Assembly (NCBI RefSeq): GCF_036971445.1
Contig: NC_091472.1
Span: 64,728,001-64,792,000, forward strand
Direction of reading: 5' to 3'
Length of the DNA: 64,000 nt
Origin: Narcine bancroftii
Taxonomy: Eukaryota
In this document: one piece after another, positions 1 through 15,900 of the stretch
Position numbering within the stretch: position 1 is the stretch's first letter
Layout of the letters: each line of letters opens with the position of its first letter
Notes under the pieces: model-generated
What the model was told of the DNA's origin: nothing
What the model saw: the letters and a program-made list of their open reading frames with translations, nothing else
The model's database searches: none
Made by a program: the position numbers and the translations under genes

Positions 1-611
1 AGTCCTAGCTTGGTCAACCTTTCTTTATAAAACATGTTCTCTCATCCAGCAACATCTGCTGGTAAATCTCCTCTGCCCCCTCTTGAAAGTTTCCACATCC
101 TTCCTATTATAAGGCAACCAGAACTGTACACAATTGTGTGGCCTAACCAGAGTTTTAGAGTTGTAACATTAACTCATGACTCTTGAACTCAAATGCTTGA
201 CTAATGAAGGCCAGCACACCTTAACTCTAATAACTATCTTCCTCTTGACTAACTGTTCCACCTTTCTTGATAACCATGGCTCCATTGCCTGACTATCCGT
301 TCCCTGTCTCAATGGGACATATCTATCCAGAACCCTGCATAAATAGATTGTAAACATCCTCCACATTTCTGCTGTGCATTCCCTGAGACTATCTGTTCCA
401 AATATATTCTCCCAAGTTCCTGCCCAATATCTTCATAATTAGTCCTTCCCCAATTAATCACTGTTTCTTTTCATTTGTTCCTATCCTTGTCCATAGATAA
501 GCTAAAGATCATGAAATTGTGGACATTGTCTCCAAAATGTTCACCCACCCAGAGGTCTGTCATCTGACCAGGTTTGTTGCCAACATATTGTGTCAGGAAT
601 CCTTGGGCACA

Positions 612-2339
612 TTCAGTTAAAGAAGTTTTGTGGTATAAAGGTTATAATTCTACTTTTCACTACCCGGCAGTGTAGAAGGTGTTTTATGGAGACTATCAAT
701 CTCGGTTTTTTGAGAATGATCATGAAGCAATGATTTTTGCTGATTCATTGCCAGATATACGAGGACAAAGACGTAGTCCACCATTGTCTCTTAAAGAAAA
801 ATCTGGTTGTTCTGGAAACTGAAGAAATGGCAGAAATGGGAAAAACAGGAATCGAAAGGGTCCAACTTCTTTTGAAATGGGATCTCCAAGTTTGGAATCT
901 CTTGGAAAAATAGAAGAATTTTCTTATTCTTATTTTACTTTTTATGTTATTATGATATTTTGATGTTATTCTTTGTTCGGCTGGGGAGGGAGAGATTTGC
1001 TCTAAGTTCTACAAGTCATCAGCCACTGGTGAGTGACCCACACCCAATTTTTGCTTAGGGATTACTACCTTTTGGTGGTGTTTTTTGGGGGAGACTTTTT
1101 TTTCTTTATTTCTTTTTATTTTCATTTTAGTTACCTTTTAATTTGTGACTTTTTTCTCCTATTGGAGGGCCTATATACGTTGATTTGAGTTTTCATATAA
1201 AGATATTTATTGGTATTTAGTAATATTAGTAGATATGTCAAAGTTGAAGTTTGCTACTTTTAATGTTCGAGGTTTAAACAGTCCGATCAAGTGTAAGCGA
1301 GTCTTGGCGTATATTAAGAAAATGAAAATTGATGTTGCGTTTTACATATGCTTGGTGGAGATATGATTTTACCTGAAATGACTAAATTTGAGACTTCTTA
1401 TGAAGGTACCAGAGAAGGGTTATATTTCATCTATGTATCAAATACTTCAGGATGGTATAGATAAAAAGGGTTGGGATAAATCCAAAAGTAAATGGGAAGC
1501 AGATATTGGTTTTATTTTTTCCGAGGATGATTGGTTAGATATCTGTCGTGATAGTGTAACTAGATTGATAAATGCACGTTATGCAATAATTAATTATAAT
1601 TTTCTACGTCAATTATACTTAACACCTGAAAAATTTTAAAAGTATGGTTTTCATGAATCAGATTTCTGTTTTAGATGTGGTAATTCTGTTGGAACTTTTT
1701 TTTCATGTTGTTTCATATATCTCTATAATCTTTTTGGAAGAAAATTCAATTGTTTTTAGAATACCTGTATAAGATTAAAATACCTTTAGATCCGATAGTA
1801 TTTTTACTGGGCAGTTTGCAACCTCTGAAAGGTTTGGGATTAGATAAATTTCAACTTGCTTTTGTATATTTAGCTTTATCTGTAGCAAAAAAATGTATTG
1901 CTAATATGTGGAAAGATACAAATATGAATGATATTAATAGATGGCATAACAAGATGAAATATTGTTTAATAATGGAAAAAATTACATATGTTTCGTGTGA
2001 TAATTACAGGTTTTTTCATTAATAAGTAAGTGGTTGTTATATTCAGAATATTTACATTTTAATTTATGTTGATTAGATCTTGATATGTATGTTTAATTTT
2101 TCCTTAATTTTTTTCTCTTTATGGCTCTCCTTAGGAGAGCTGGCTNNNNNNNNNNNNNNNNNNNNNNNNNNNNNNNNNNNNNNNNNNNNNNNNNNNNNNN
2201 NNNNNNNNNNNNNNNNNNNNNNNNNNNNNNNNNNNNNNNNNNNNNNNNNNNNNNNNNNNNNNNNNNNNNNNNNNNNTTAATTGTTGTATATGTCATCTAC
2301 TATTTGTATTTTGAGCAAATAAATAAAGTTTAAAAAAAA
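612..2339 (+). mobile_element. 5'-truncated, internally deleted L1-clade LINE with poly(A) and 17-bp TSD
   Basis: TSD AGGAATCCTTGGGCACA at 595-611 and 2340-2356. ORF1 C-terminus, then ORF2 start MSKLKFATFNVRGLNSPIK (1235), then directly the ORF2 C-terminal region (KWEADIG...YNFLRQLYLTP...CFRC...GTFFH), AATAAA and an A-tail. Confidence 0.88.
2146..2276. other. Assembly gap (131 N) in the L1 3'UTR
   Basis: Run of n characters. Confidence 0.99.
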
Positions 2340-2924
2340 AGGAATCCTTGGGCACAACTCACAAATTCTGCCCCATCTAATCCTTTTACACTAAGAAGGT
2401 ACCAGTCAAAATTAGGGATGTTGAAACTCCCACAACAATTGTTACTTTCGCACCTTTCCAAAATCTGCCTATTATCTTCTCCTCCATGTTCACTCCCAAT
2501 AGAGTGATTGCTCTCTTCCTGTGTCTAACCTCCTCCCACACTGATTCAGTGGACAATCCCTCTTCAACATCCTCTGTTGCCACAGTAGTGTACCATCTCT
2601 GATTAGTGATTCCACTCCCCTATACACTTTACCTCTTTTCTTATTTCTTTTGAAACCTCTAAAACCCAGAACATTAGTCAACTAATCCTGCCTTTAAGTC
2701 TCCATAATGGCCACAAAATCATAATTCAATATACCTCTCCAGACTCTAAGTTCATCATCCTTATTCCTAATACTTCTCGCATTAAACACATTGTAACCTA
2801 TCCAACTGACAGTATTTATGCCCTATCATCATAGTTTTAGTGTATGTTGCATCTTCCCTTTCACCAAATGCTCCATCATCTAACCTGACATTCTGGAACC
2901 CATCCCCCTGCTTAACTAGTTTAT

Positions 2925-4195
2925 TCTTGAATAGTGATGAAGAGTTTTGAGAGGCTGGTGTTGAAGCAAAACAGCTCCTGTCTGAGTGGCAACATGGATC
3001 TGTTCCAATTTGCCTACTGTAGCAAATGGTCTACGGCAGATGCCATCTCACTGATTCTACACAAAGTCCTGGAACACTTGAACAGCAAAGATGCATACAT
3101 CAGGATGCTCTTTACTGACTATAGGTTGGCATTCGATACCATCATCCCCTCAAAACTGATAACCAAACTCCAAGACCTGGGCCTCAATACACCACTGTGT
3201 AATTGGATCCTGAATTTCCTCACCTCCAGACCACAATCAGTGAGGATTGGTAAGAATATCTCCTCCACAATCTCTATCAGTACCAGTGCACCTGATGCTT
3301 GAGTTTTTAGTCCCCTGCTCTTCTCTCTTTACACCAATGACTCTGTGGCTCGGTTCAACAATAACATCATCTACAAAGTTGCTGATGATACCATAGTAAT
3401 GGGTTGTATAAACTGGGGTGATGGATCAACATACAGGGGAGGTTAAAAACTTGGCTGACACCCAAGTCACCAAAACCATGGAGCTGATTGGAATATCAAA
3501 GGCAGAGAGTGTGAGCAAATTTAAATTCCTGGGAGTCACCATCTCAAAGGACCTTTCTGGACCCAACACACAAATGTCATCATGAAGAAAGCATGTCAAC
3601 GCCTCAACTTTCTCAGGTGTTGTCGGAAGTTTGGTATGACATCGAGTACCTTGGCAAATTTCTACAGATGTGTAGTGGAAAGTGTTCTGACCGCTGCATC
3701 TCGGCCTGGTATAGGGGGACCAATTCCTCCATGGAAATCACTGCAAAATTTAGTGGACACAGCCCAGGACACCACAGGCAAAACTCTCCCCACCATCAAG
3801 AAAATCTACATGGACAGCACCAGCAATCATCAAGTATCCACACCACCCTGAACATGCTCTGTTCTCGCTGCTGTCATCTGGAAACAGGTACAGATTTGCA
3901 AGACTTGTACCACCACGTTCAGGAACAGGTGCTACCCCTCTACCATCAGACTCCCAAATAACAAACTCAATTTGTCTCATTTAAGAATTCTTACTTTGCC
4001 CATTATTTATTATTGTAACTTTATTTTCTGTACTGCACATTTAGTTTGTTTACATTTCTCTCTTTTGTATATGTATCTTTTTTTGACTAGCTTTTTTGAA
4101 CTAATGATAAGTAGAATTCTGCCTTGCCTGCAGGAAAAATAATTTCAGGATTGTATGTGATGTCACATATGTACTCTGACAATAAATCTGAACTT
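2925..4195 (+). mobile_element. Rex1/Babar-type LINE, 3' portion (RT and 3'UTR), degenerate
   Basis: MKSFERLVL...DLFQFAY...STADAISL...YIRMLFTDY..AFDTIIP...LCNWILNFLTSRPQSVRIG and KKACQRLNFLR, with frameshifts. Confidence 0.8.
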
Positions 4196-4499
4196 TGATT
4201 CAATGTCTTTAATTGAAACTGCTTTCACCAACAATACTAAACTAAAAAACATATATTGCATCAATTTCATTGTTCTTCACTGTTTACATACTATATAGTC
4301 TGCCACTTACCTGCAAATCCTTGGCTGATTATGCTAAAAGCTGCCAGAAGCAGTCTTGTCTTGTGAAAGTTGGCAGCTTTCCAAAATATTGACAATTTAA
4401 GGCTTTTCAAATCCACAAAAATGGGATCATACCTGAATGGTTTTCTTCAATCCAGAATCTGCCTCTGATTGTGGGGCAGTTGAAAGAAATCACATCAGC

Positions 4500-5065
4500 A
4501 TGAAACATAGGTACAAATACAGGCAAAAGGGTAGTGAAGAAAGCATTTGGCATGCTTGTCTCTACAAGTTGGGATCTTGAATGCAGGAGAAGGGATGTCA
4601 TGTCACAACTGATAGTGGTGAGTCTACAAGCTGGAAATGGTGCAGGAAAGATTCATGAGAATGTTTCTGAGACTGCTTGGCTTGAACTACAAGATTGGAT
4701 AGGCTGGGATTTTTCTCCCTGGAACATAGGAAGCTGAGGGAGAACCCTAATAGAGCCTTATAAAGTCATGAGGGGCATCCATAAGGATAATAGTCATAGT
4801 CTTTTTCTCAGGCTAGGTAAGAAGGTATAGACTTAAGGAAAGAGGAGAAAGATTTAAGTGACACAAGGGACCCCTTCTTCACACAGAGGATGGTAAGTAT
4901 ACGGAATGAGGTGGCATAAAAAGTGGTAGAAGAAAGAACATTCAAAAGACATTTGGATAGGAAAGGTTCAGGGGAATATGGATTAAATGCAGGAAAATAG
5001 GACTAACTTGGTTTTCATGACAAATTGGGCTGAAAGAGCTGTTTTCCATGGTCTATGATCCTGTA
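4500..5065 (+). mobile_element. CR1 LINE 3' fragment
   Basis: VKKAFGML remnant and a typical CR1 3' end; similar to 7603-8480 and 45380-46635. Confidence 0.65.
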
Positions 5066-5486
5066 ACACTACTAATCAGAGTGTTTCTAATTGAAAATTA
5101 GAAAAACTACATTAAATACCTTCCATTCATATAAAATATTTGTTTTCAATTCTTCCTTTTTGCTTGTATTTATGAACATCATCACAGTTGATTTACTAAG
5201 GCCTGCTCTCAATCTAATATTATATTGGATACTGACTGAGGTGCACGAGTAATTGAAATTCTGAATCAAAGAATCCCAAAGCCCAAGGCATCCATTTACT
5301 GTTTTAACTCAGCAAAGGTGGAGGTTTCCCCACTTGCATAGCCCCATAGAATAGTCATAGTATAGATACTATGACCATTGGTGTGACAGTATGGATACTA
5401 TGACCACTGATGTTCCACAGGGATTGGAGTTGGGGGCCCCTGTTGTTTGTGATACATATAAATAACTTACCAGTAGATGAAAAATA

Positions 5487-7600
5487 CAGTACCCTCCATG
5501 TTTGAGACAAAGACACTTTTTTCCTTTATTTGCCCCTGTGCTCCACAGCTTTAAATTTGTAATCAAACAAGTCACATGTAATTGAAGTGCATATTCCAGA
5601 CTTTATTCAAGATTATTTGTATATATTTTGATTTGGTCATTAAGAAATTACCCCACTTTTTATATAAATTTCTCCCATTTCACTGCACCATAATGTTTGG
5701 AACATTTGGCTTTACACATGTTTGTGAATACTCAGGTATGTTTAATCACTTCATTGATTCAGGTATAAGAGAACTCAGCTTGCTTCAGAGGTTTTGATCA
5801 CCTTTGGAGTCTGTAGTTCCCATTTTTCAACATGAGGACCAGAGTTGTGACAAAGAAAATCAAAGCTATTATGAGGCTAAAAAAAAAAGTAAGAGACATT
5901 GCCTAATCCTTAGGATGATCAAAATCAACTGCTTGGAACATATTAAGAAAGAGCGTACTGGTGAGTCAATAATCACAAAGATAGTCCAGGAAAACCTCCA
6001 TTGCTAGGGTGGCTTTTGAACACTCTGTCTTCCATCCAGCACCACCTCGCCAGATGTTAATTTGTCCTCCATTTAGGAGAGTAGGCCCTACACCCCAAAT
6101 GGAGGATAAATTAAGGGGCAGAAAGGGCACATACCTATGCGGTGCCCACTGCCCTGTTTTTTCCTCATGTTATCGCTGTTTCCCTATTCAAACCACTCTC
6201 TGTGTCATACCTTGATCGACATCAGGCCATGGAGATGGCAATGGTCCACAGATAGGGAGAAATTGTGAGCATTCACAAGGTCAGAGGGGAGGTGCTGAGC
6301 AGCAGCAGCAGTGAGTGGGTAAAGGAGATACCGTGTCCTGCGCCCGTTATCCGGTATGCGCCCGGAGCCAGTGTCCACAGCACCCAGTGTACACCCAGAG
6401 CTATAACACATAACCCATCCTGTTGCTCGGGGTAGGTTCCTGCTGCTGATGATGAGTGCCCTTGCTGGGTGTTGCTGCTGCCATTGGGTGGCCAGAGTGG
6501 GTGCCCAGTGCTGCCAATGGGTGGCCAGTGGGTGCCCAGTGCTGCCAATGGGTGGCCAGAGTGGGTGCCCAGTGCTGCTACTGATGGGTGCATGGAGTGG
6601 GAGCCTGCTGGTCCCTGTGCCTCGTACCCCTCTTTTCTGAGAGAATTTCTGACACTGACCTTGCATGTCCTCCATTTGGAAAGTTGGAAAGCCTATCCAC
6701 TGTTGATGACAGAATTCCAAATAAAGAAAAATCCCCAAATGCCTGTCTGACAAATCAGAAACACTTTTCAAGAGGAAGGGGTGGATGTGTCAATGACTAC
6801 TGTCCGCAGAAGACTTCATGAAAAGAAATACAGAGGCCACATTACAAAATGCAAACCTCGAGTTAGCCACAAAAACAGGATGGCCAGATTACAGTTTACC
6901 AAGAAGCATTTAAGAGCCTACAGAATTCTGGAAAGGGGTTTTGTGGATAAATGAGATCAAGATTAACCTGTATCAGAGTGATGGCAAGAGCAATGTGTGG
7001 AGGCATAAAGGAGAAGCCCAAGATCCAAAGCATACCACCTCATCTGTGAAATATGGTTGTCGGGGTGTGTATTGCTGCCACAGGTACTGGTACACTTATC
7101 TTCATTGATGATGTAACTGCTGATAACAGTAGCAAAATGAATTCTGAGGTGCTTAGAAACATCTTATTTGACAAGTTCAAGCAAATGACTCCAAATTCAT
7201 TGGATGGTGCTTCATCCTACAGCAAGACAATGATCCCAAACATACTGCTAAAGCAACAAAGGAGTTTTTCAAAGCAAAAAAAACTGGAAAACTTGGGAAT
7301 GGCCAAGTCACACAATCTAAATCAATTGAGCATGCCTTCCATACGCTGAAGAGAAAACATAAGGAGACAATCCATTGAAACAAGCAGGAGTTGAAGATAG
7401 CTGCAGTAGAGGCCAAGCACTATATATAAAAAGTACTGTAATTTCTACATGGTAAACCAAAATGTCTACAATTAACCTTGAATAAAATCTGGAATGTGCA
7501 CTTTAATCGCATGCAAATTGTTTGATTAGAAATTTTAAACTGTGGAACGCAGGGACAAATAAAAAATGTGTCTTTGTCCCATACATTATGGAGGGCACTG
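5487..7600 (+). mobile_element. Tc1-family DNA transposon with disrupted transposase
   Basis: TA on both sides. Long TIRs of about 180 bp (CAGTACCCTCCA...GACAAAGACAC / GTGTCTTTGTCC...TGGAGGGCACTG). Transposase remnants FWKGVLWINEIKINLYQSDG, KHTTSSVKYG and FILQQDNDPKHTAK. Confidence 0.9.
6005..6695. mobile_element. Non-autonomous hAT-like element nested in the Tc1 transposase
   Basis: Ends TAGGGTGGC... and ...GAAAGCCTA, with 8-bp near-TSD TCCATTGC (5997-6004) / TCCACTGT (6696-6703). The transposase sequence rejoins when it is removed. GC-rich interior with an imperfect ~33-bp repeat at about 6485-6580. Confidence 0.7.
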
Positions 7601-7602
7601 TA

Positions 7603-8480
7603 GGTGTGTGGATTCCTAAGTTTTCAGATGACACTTAAGATTGGTGGAGTTGTGGACAGTGTAGAGAGCTATCAAAGAACACCACAGGATATCGATCAGT
7701 TGCAGATAAAGGCAGAGAAATGGCAGATGGAATTTAATCCATACAAATGTGAGGTGTTGATATATGGGAGGTCATATGTAAGGGGAAAATATACAGTTAA
7801 TGGTTGGACACTTAAAAGTATTGATATAAATAAAGACCTGGATGTCCAGTTCAGTAGCTCATAAGAAGTGTTTGAGCAAGTAGAGAGGGTAGTAAAGAAG
7901 GCATATGTATGTTTACCTTCATTGGGCAAGGTATTGTGTAAAGAGTAAGGAAGTCATGTTTCAAGTCATAAAACTTTGGTTACACCACACTTAGAATACT
8001 GTGTGTAATTATGGTGCTCTTTACAGGAAGGATGTGGTGGCTTTGGAAAGTGTAAAGAAAAGATTTAACAGGAAGATGCCAGGTGAAGAGGGCATGAGTT
8101 ATGGGAAGAGGTTGGACAAACTTTGCTTGTTTTTTTCTGGAGCATAGGAGGCTTAGGAGCAACCTGATGGAGAATTATGAAATCATGAGAGACAGTGATA
8201 AGATAGATAGAATCTTTTCCCCAAGGCAAGATCATCACACACACAAGGGGATATGTGTTCAAGGTGAAGGGGAGTAAGTTTAACGGAGATGTATTGTGCA
8301 ATTTTTTTTTTAACAGAATGGGCTTCCAGGAGTAGTGATGGAAGCAGATACAATAGAGACATTTAATAGTCTTCTAAAAAGGAATGGAGAAATAGCCATC
8401 AAGTGCAAGCAGCAGAGTTTAATTTTGATTTGGCCATCGTGTTCAGCACAGACAAACTTGCTAAAACTTTCTACATGTTC
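7603..8480 (+). mobile_element. CR1 LINE 3' fragment (RT C-terminus)
   Basis: KIGGVVDS...DIDQLQIKAEKWQMEFNPYKCEVL is typical of CR1 ORF2. Confidence 0.8.
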
Positions 8481-8631
8481 CAAAAAGAATGAAATAAAGA
8501 TTTAGCGATGTTACAGAAGGGATTCAAGAGTTTAGGAAAGCAAAGCAGCCAAAAAAACTTTTTCTAGTTATTTCGAAACACAAAGACATTATCTTTGAAA
8601 TATAAAATGTTGCAAACAATAGCTTTCCTAC

Positions 8632-9232
8632 TTTTTTTGAAGCTGTGTTGCTCTGTCCTCGTAAGCCACAAGAGTCGCTGGCTCAGAAGCCATCGATTTT
8701 AACTTTCTCTGAAGGAACAAAGAGTCTTTTTGCCCTTTGAGCAAAACACTGATGCTTTCGTCGTACTCCCGTTTGATGGCCGTGAGAATATTTTTATATG
8801 CTGTGGTATTTTCAATAATCTATAGAAGGACGAAATAAAGATGTGTCAAGTTCAACATATTTCACTGTATGTGCCACTCTCTGCTTTTACTGTATTTTAA
8901 AGTTTTTTTTCTGTTTCTATGCTTGCTCTTTACGACTCAACTTACTGCTTAGATAAAACATCTATGTTCTCTAATTTATTCACCGAATAGTTTCGCCATT
9001 CTCGGAGTGAGAGCCCACTCGTTCTTACTTTGTCAAATGCATTCTTGTAGATGATGTACCGCTGCCCATTGGCGCCCGGGCCTGCAGCGCCGAGTTCGCC
9101 AATCTCTCTCTCGATGCGTGCCCGAATGCGGCTGAGAAGGTTTTGGCCGGCGCCCGTGGGACCAGACGGAACGGCCGGACACTGAACCGGACCTGCCGCC
9201 CGCCATTCCAAGTCCGTCCGATCACCGCTCAT
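8632..9232 (-). CDS. CLHC1: Clathrin heavy chain linker domain-containing protein 1, first two coding exons; the rest was not found and probably lies left of the window
   Basis: Exon 9232-9029 reads MSGDRTDLEW...GQRYIIYKNAFDK|gtaag. Exon 8819-8632 reads tag|IIENTTAYKNILTAIKREYDESISVLLKGQKDSLFLQRKLKSMASEPATLVAYEDRATQLQK|gtagg. These resemble the human N-terminus as recalled ([30 protein letters not shown]...AAEPTALV). Head-to-head with RPS27A as in other vertebrates. The start ATG at 9232 is inferred. Confidence 0.85.
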
Positions 9233-9239
9233 TCTGGGA

Positions 9240-9790
9240 TGTGCCGAAGCGAAGCGACCCAGGCTCACACATCAAAAATACGAGCATGTATCGGAGTAAC
9301 CCCTCTCAGGCCAGACAACAGGCTTTAGACTCCCGAATTAACGTGATTTTGTTCTTCCCCGGACCGCGCGAGCGATACTTCTCGGTTGCTAACGACGCCG
9401 CCCGCAATGTCTTCTGGGAAACGTATCTTCATTCAACCTGTCTTTCACAAAGTAATATTTTTTTAAAAGTTCGGTTTCTACTTTACGGCCATTCAAATTG
9501 TGCAAATTATAACGATTATAGTTTGCTGATAGAATTATATTAAACGGAGACTCCCACTGTGCAATGCGATACTTTGCCATAAATAGATTCCTCCGTTAAT
9601 ATTTATAAATTTATTACACTCATTTTAAAATTACTTTGATGTTTCTTTATATCTCAAATAATTATTTTGCTGTATAAAATAATGTATACTGAAACAGGAG
9701 TATGTTTGCTACCTAACCCCTGGAGGCTCGTTTGGGAAACCCCGTTGTCCGGATGACAAGCCCTCTTTTCCTAATCCGCCATTAAGGTAA
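9240..9790. promoter_or_regulatory. CLHC1/RPS27A bidirectional promoter
   Basis: CpG-rich DNA at about 8990-9430. ZNF143/SBS-like GATACGTTTCCCAGAAGACATTGCG (- strand, 9403-9427) and CTCCCACTGTGCAATGCG (9551-9568). X-box-like GTTGCTAACGAC (9385-9396). Confidence 0.7.
9761..9786 (+). promoter_or_regulatory. RPS27A: RPS27A non-coding exon 1 with 5'-terminal oligopyrimidine (TOP/TCT) start
   Basis: ccctcttttcctaatccgccattaag|gtaagg: a pyrimidine tract followed by a consensus donor, typical of ribosomal protein genes. The next acceptor is ttgcag| at 9887. Confidence 0.8.
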
Positions 9791-9904
9791 GGTGGTGGTA
9801 AGTGAGAGTCTACATGTTGAAGTCCACTGAGTTACGATGAACTACTTTAGACCGGATTTTTAAAACTTTTTTTTCCGTCCCTTGCAGGAGGATTGACTTT
9901 CAAA

Positions 9905-13441
<3,537 letters not shown>

Positions 13442-13451
13442 TATACATTTT

Positions 13452-13457
13452 AATAAA
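13452..13457 (+). terminator. RPS27A: RPS27A polyadenylation signal AATAAA
   Basis: AATAAA 10 nt after the stop codon, followed by GT-rich sequence. Confidence 0.8.
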
Positions 13458-13584
13458 CTATGAAGGAAAGTTGTTTGTGAAATTGGCATTGGATTGTTTG
13501 GCATTAAGAAATTCCACGAGTAGCATTTTCTATAGAATATAACCTCAATGGCTGCATTCTAAAGGTGTATCAGACATATGATCT

Positions 13585-13775
13585 AATCTGCCATTGATAC
13601 AGCACAGCAATGATCCCATGCTGCCAATTAAACCTACTAACCCATTTGAGCATGGGAGGAAAGTGAAGCTACTGGAGGAACCCCAAAGGTCACAGGGACA
13701 ATGTACAAACTTCTTACAGCGATAGATTTGAACCCAGGTCACTGACAAGTTGCACTCAACTGCTACACTTTTTTT
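13585..13775 (-). mobile_element. Degenerate V-SINE-like element
   Basis: tgggaggaaagtgaagctactggaggaacccc..ggtcacagggacaatgtacaaacttcttacag resembles the V-domain of the copy at 24679-24915. Confidence 0.6.
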
Positions 13776-15900
13776 TAAAAAGTGTAGCCTATAAAACAAT
13801 GCAAAAAGTTAATTTGAGCACAAGTGAATTCATAAATGCTAGTTTGAATGCTGCAAATTCCTTAAAAACGTTTGGTAACCATACAAGATCACATCAAATC
13901 TGAAACCAAGGTAGTCAGTGAAATCATTAAAGCTATTTAGAACAAAAGCAAGCAGCTGCACTGCTGCAGGAATTTAGTGAGGTATGCAACATCACTACAC
14001 GAAGCATTGTTCAATTTTTGCATATGCAATCTATTGCATCTTTACAGTATTAGCAAAATATTTACTGCCAAATGCAGATTAATAAGCAACAATAACCAAA
14101 ATGTTGATTGGTAATAAAAATTAAATGATAAATCAACATTCATAAAGTTGGGCTATGAAATTAATGGTACCTTTGGAACTCACAGAACCTGAACTTATAC
14201 ATCATAACCAGCAAAAGGCAGAGGCAGTTAATCAATTCTGAAAGGCCTCATGCAAAAGTCCATGAGCATTTCAAAATTGCAAAACTGGTTTGAGGAGCAA
14301 TTGTCTCAGTCTCAAAGCATTATACTTCCACATTCTCATTTACACCTTACAGCACTCAAGGTCACTGATCAGCAGTTCAATGAATATAAACTTTCTGCAG
14401 CAACTTGCAAAAAAATTAGAAACACAATAATTAGAATGCACATGATTTTCTAACAATTGGTTGCTCAAGAAAATAGAATTAACAAATTTAATAAAAACTA
14501 AGTAATATCCATTTGAAAAATGGAGCAGATTTTTTCATGCATATTTGCGGGACAAATTTTTCTATATTTTACGTGGTAGAAAAATATCTAAAAAGTACAT
14601 GACCAGCAAGCCAATATTTATGAATTAACTCAAATGTTTTGGTGTTTTGTGTTTTTATTGAATGAAGGATCCTACTGCATATATTTCTTATGTACTTAAC
14701 CTAAAAAAAAGCCAAAAATACAAATCAGGCTGCAATGCTGTGAGAGAAGATACAGCATTTCAAATTGATGACCAGATCTGAGACAAATCAAGTTCTAAGC
14801 AGACTGGAAAAAGAACAAAATGTGATAGACAAGAAATTAAAAGATAAAAGTTGTAATCCACAAAGTGAAAGGTCAACCTGGAGGAGCTGTGAATGTAGCA
14901 GTTAACCAAAATTACACAGAAATGTACAGGTAACAGGAGCAGACCAGTTGGCCCCTTGAGGCAGTTCTTCCATGAAATATTGTAGCATCAACCTTTTATT
15001 CTCATCTACCCTGGTCGTCTATCACTCCCTTGCAAACTAACTGCCTTCAAAATGTCATTTAAAACTGCTCTTTATTCCAGAGAATTTTTAAGGCTGCAAT
15101 GTACCATCTTGTATGTTTTTGGTCTTGCATACAATATTTCTGCAATAGATCATGTGAAGATGAGAGCAGAGTCAAATATTAAATTGGGCAAGAGTAGGTG
15201 GCAGAACAGTAACAAGAGGTGAAGGAGGAGACTCAAATTGAACAGAAGTGGACCACATTTTACATATATCCAAATGAGCAGGCATTAGAACACCTTATGA
15301 GGAAATGAGTAGAGGGAATGTAAAGATATTTTTAATATGAGATTGAACCACATTAGGGGTTGATTGATCAAAGCCTTGTTCCATGGCACAGTCCTGATGG
15401 AGGAGTTGATAAATGGGAAGTCTAGAATGAAAGCAAGCCAGGAAGCTGTTAAATAAACAAAAGGCATCAAAATTAAATGGATATAGATAGGAACTGAATC
15501 AAGGAGAGGAGAACAAGTTTCAGGGGTCTGGAACAGTCTAAGGTGCTGAATGAAGGCTCCAGGCCACAGAAAATGCAGTGATAAAAGAACTAAATCTTAA
15601 AGTGCATCATCTTGGGAATAGAAGAAAGGGTCTGATAGCAGACCAAAAATTCTCAGGCAAAGAAGTTCATGTGATTTGAGAATCCTTGACCATGTGGAAA
15701 AATGAAATGCAACATAGTACTGTTAATCATAAAGGCACAAATTCACAAAATGAAAATGTGACTAAAATATGTTTAATGAATAATGACACCATCTCAAAGG
15801 GACTGCTTCATCTCTGTTCTGAAAATATCAATACTCCCAAGTTTTTACATCAGCTTGTAACTAATTTTTAGAATCAAAATGTCAGATATAAATATTGTGC

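Larger units (their letters stand above)
1..2790 (-). mobile_element. Degenerate CR1-type LINE fragments, split by the L1 insertion at 612-2339
   Basis: Minus-strand peptides VLDRYVPLRQG...EPWLSRKVEQLVKRK and EEGLSTESVWEEVRHRKRAITLLGV resemble CR1 ORF2 endonuclease/linker. The sequence resumes after the second TSD. Confidence 0.65.

Noticed and set aside
4311-4444. Candidate CLHC1 exon 3 (- strand, strong CAG|GTAAGT donor, open frame, compatible phase)
   Set aside because: The translation (KPFRYDPIFVDLK...) has no resemblance to the expected CLHC1 segment, and the acceptor has no pyrimidine tract.
5120-5260. Second candidate CLHC1 exon (- strand, AG/GT bounded)
   Set aside because: Stop codon in the required frame and no homology.
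6205-6771. 188-aa ORF and overlapping ORFs
   Set aside because: They come from the GC-rich repeated interior of the nested hAT-like element; no recognisable domain.
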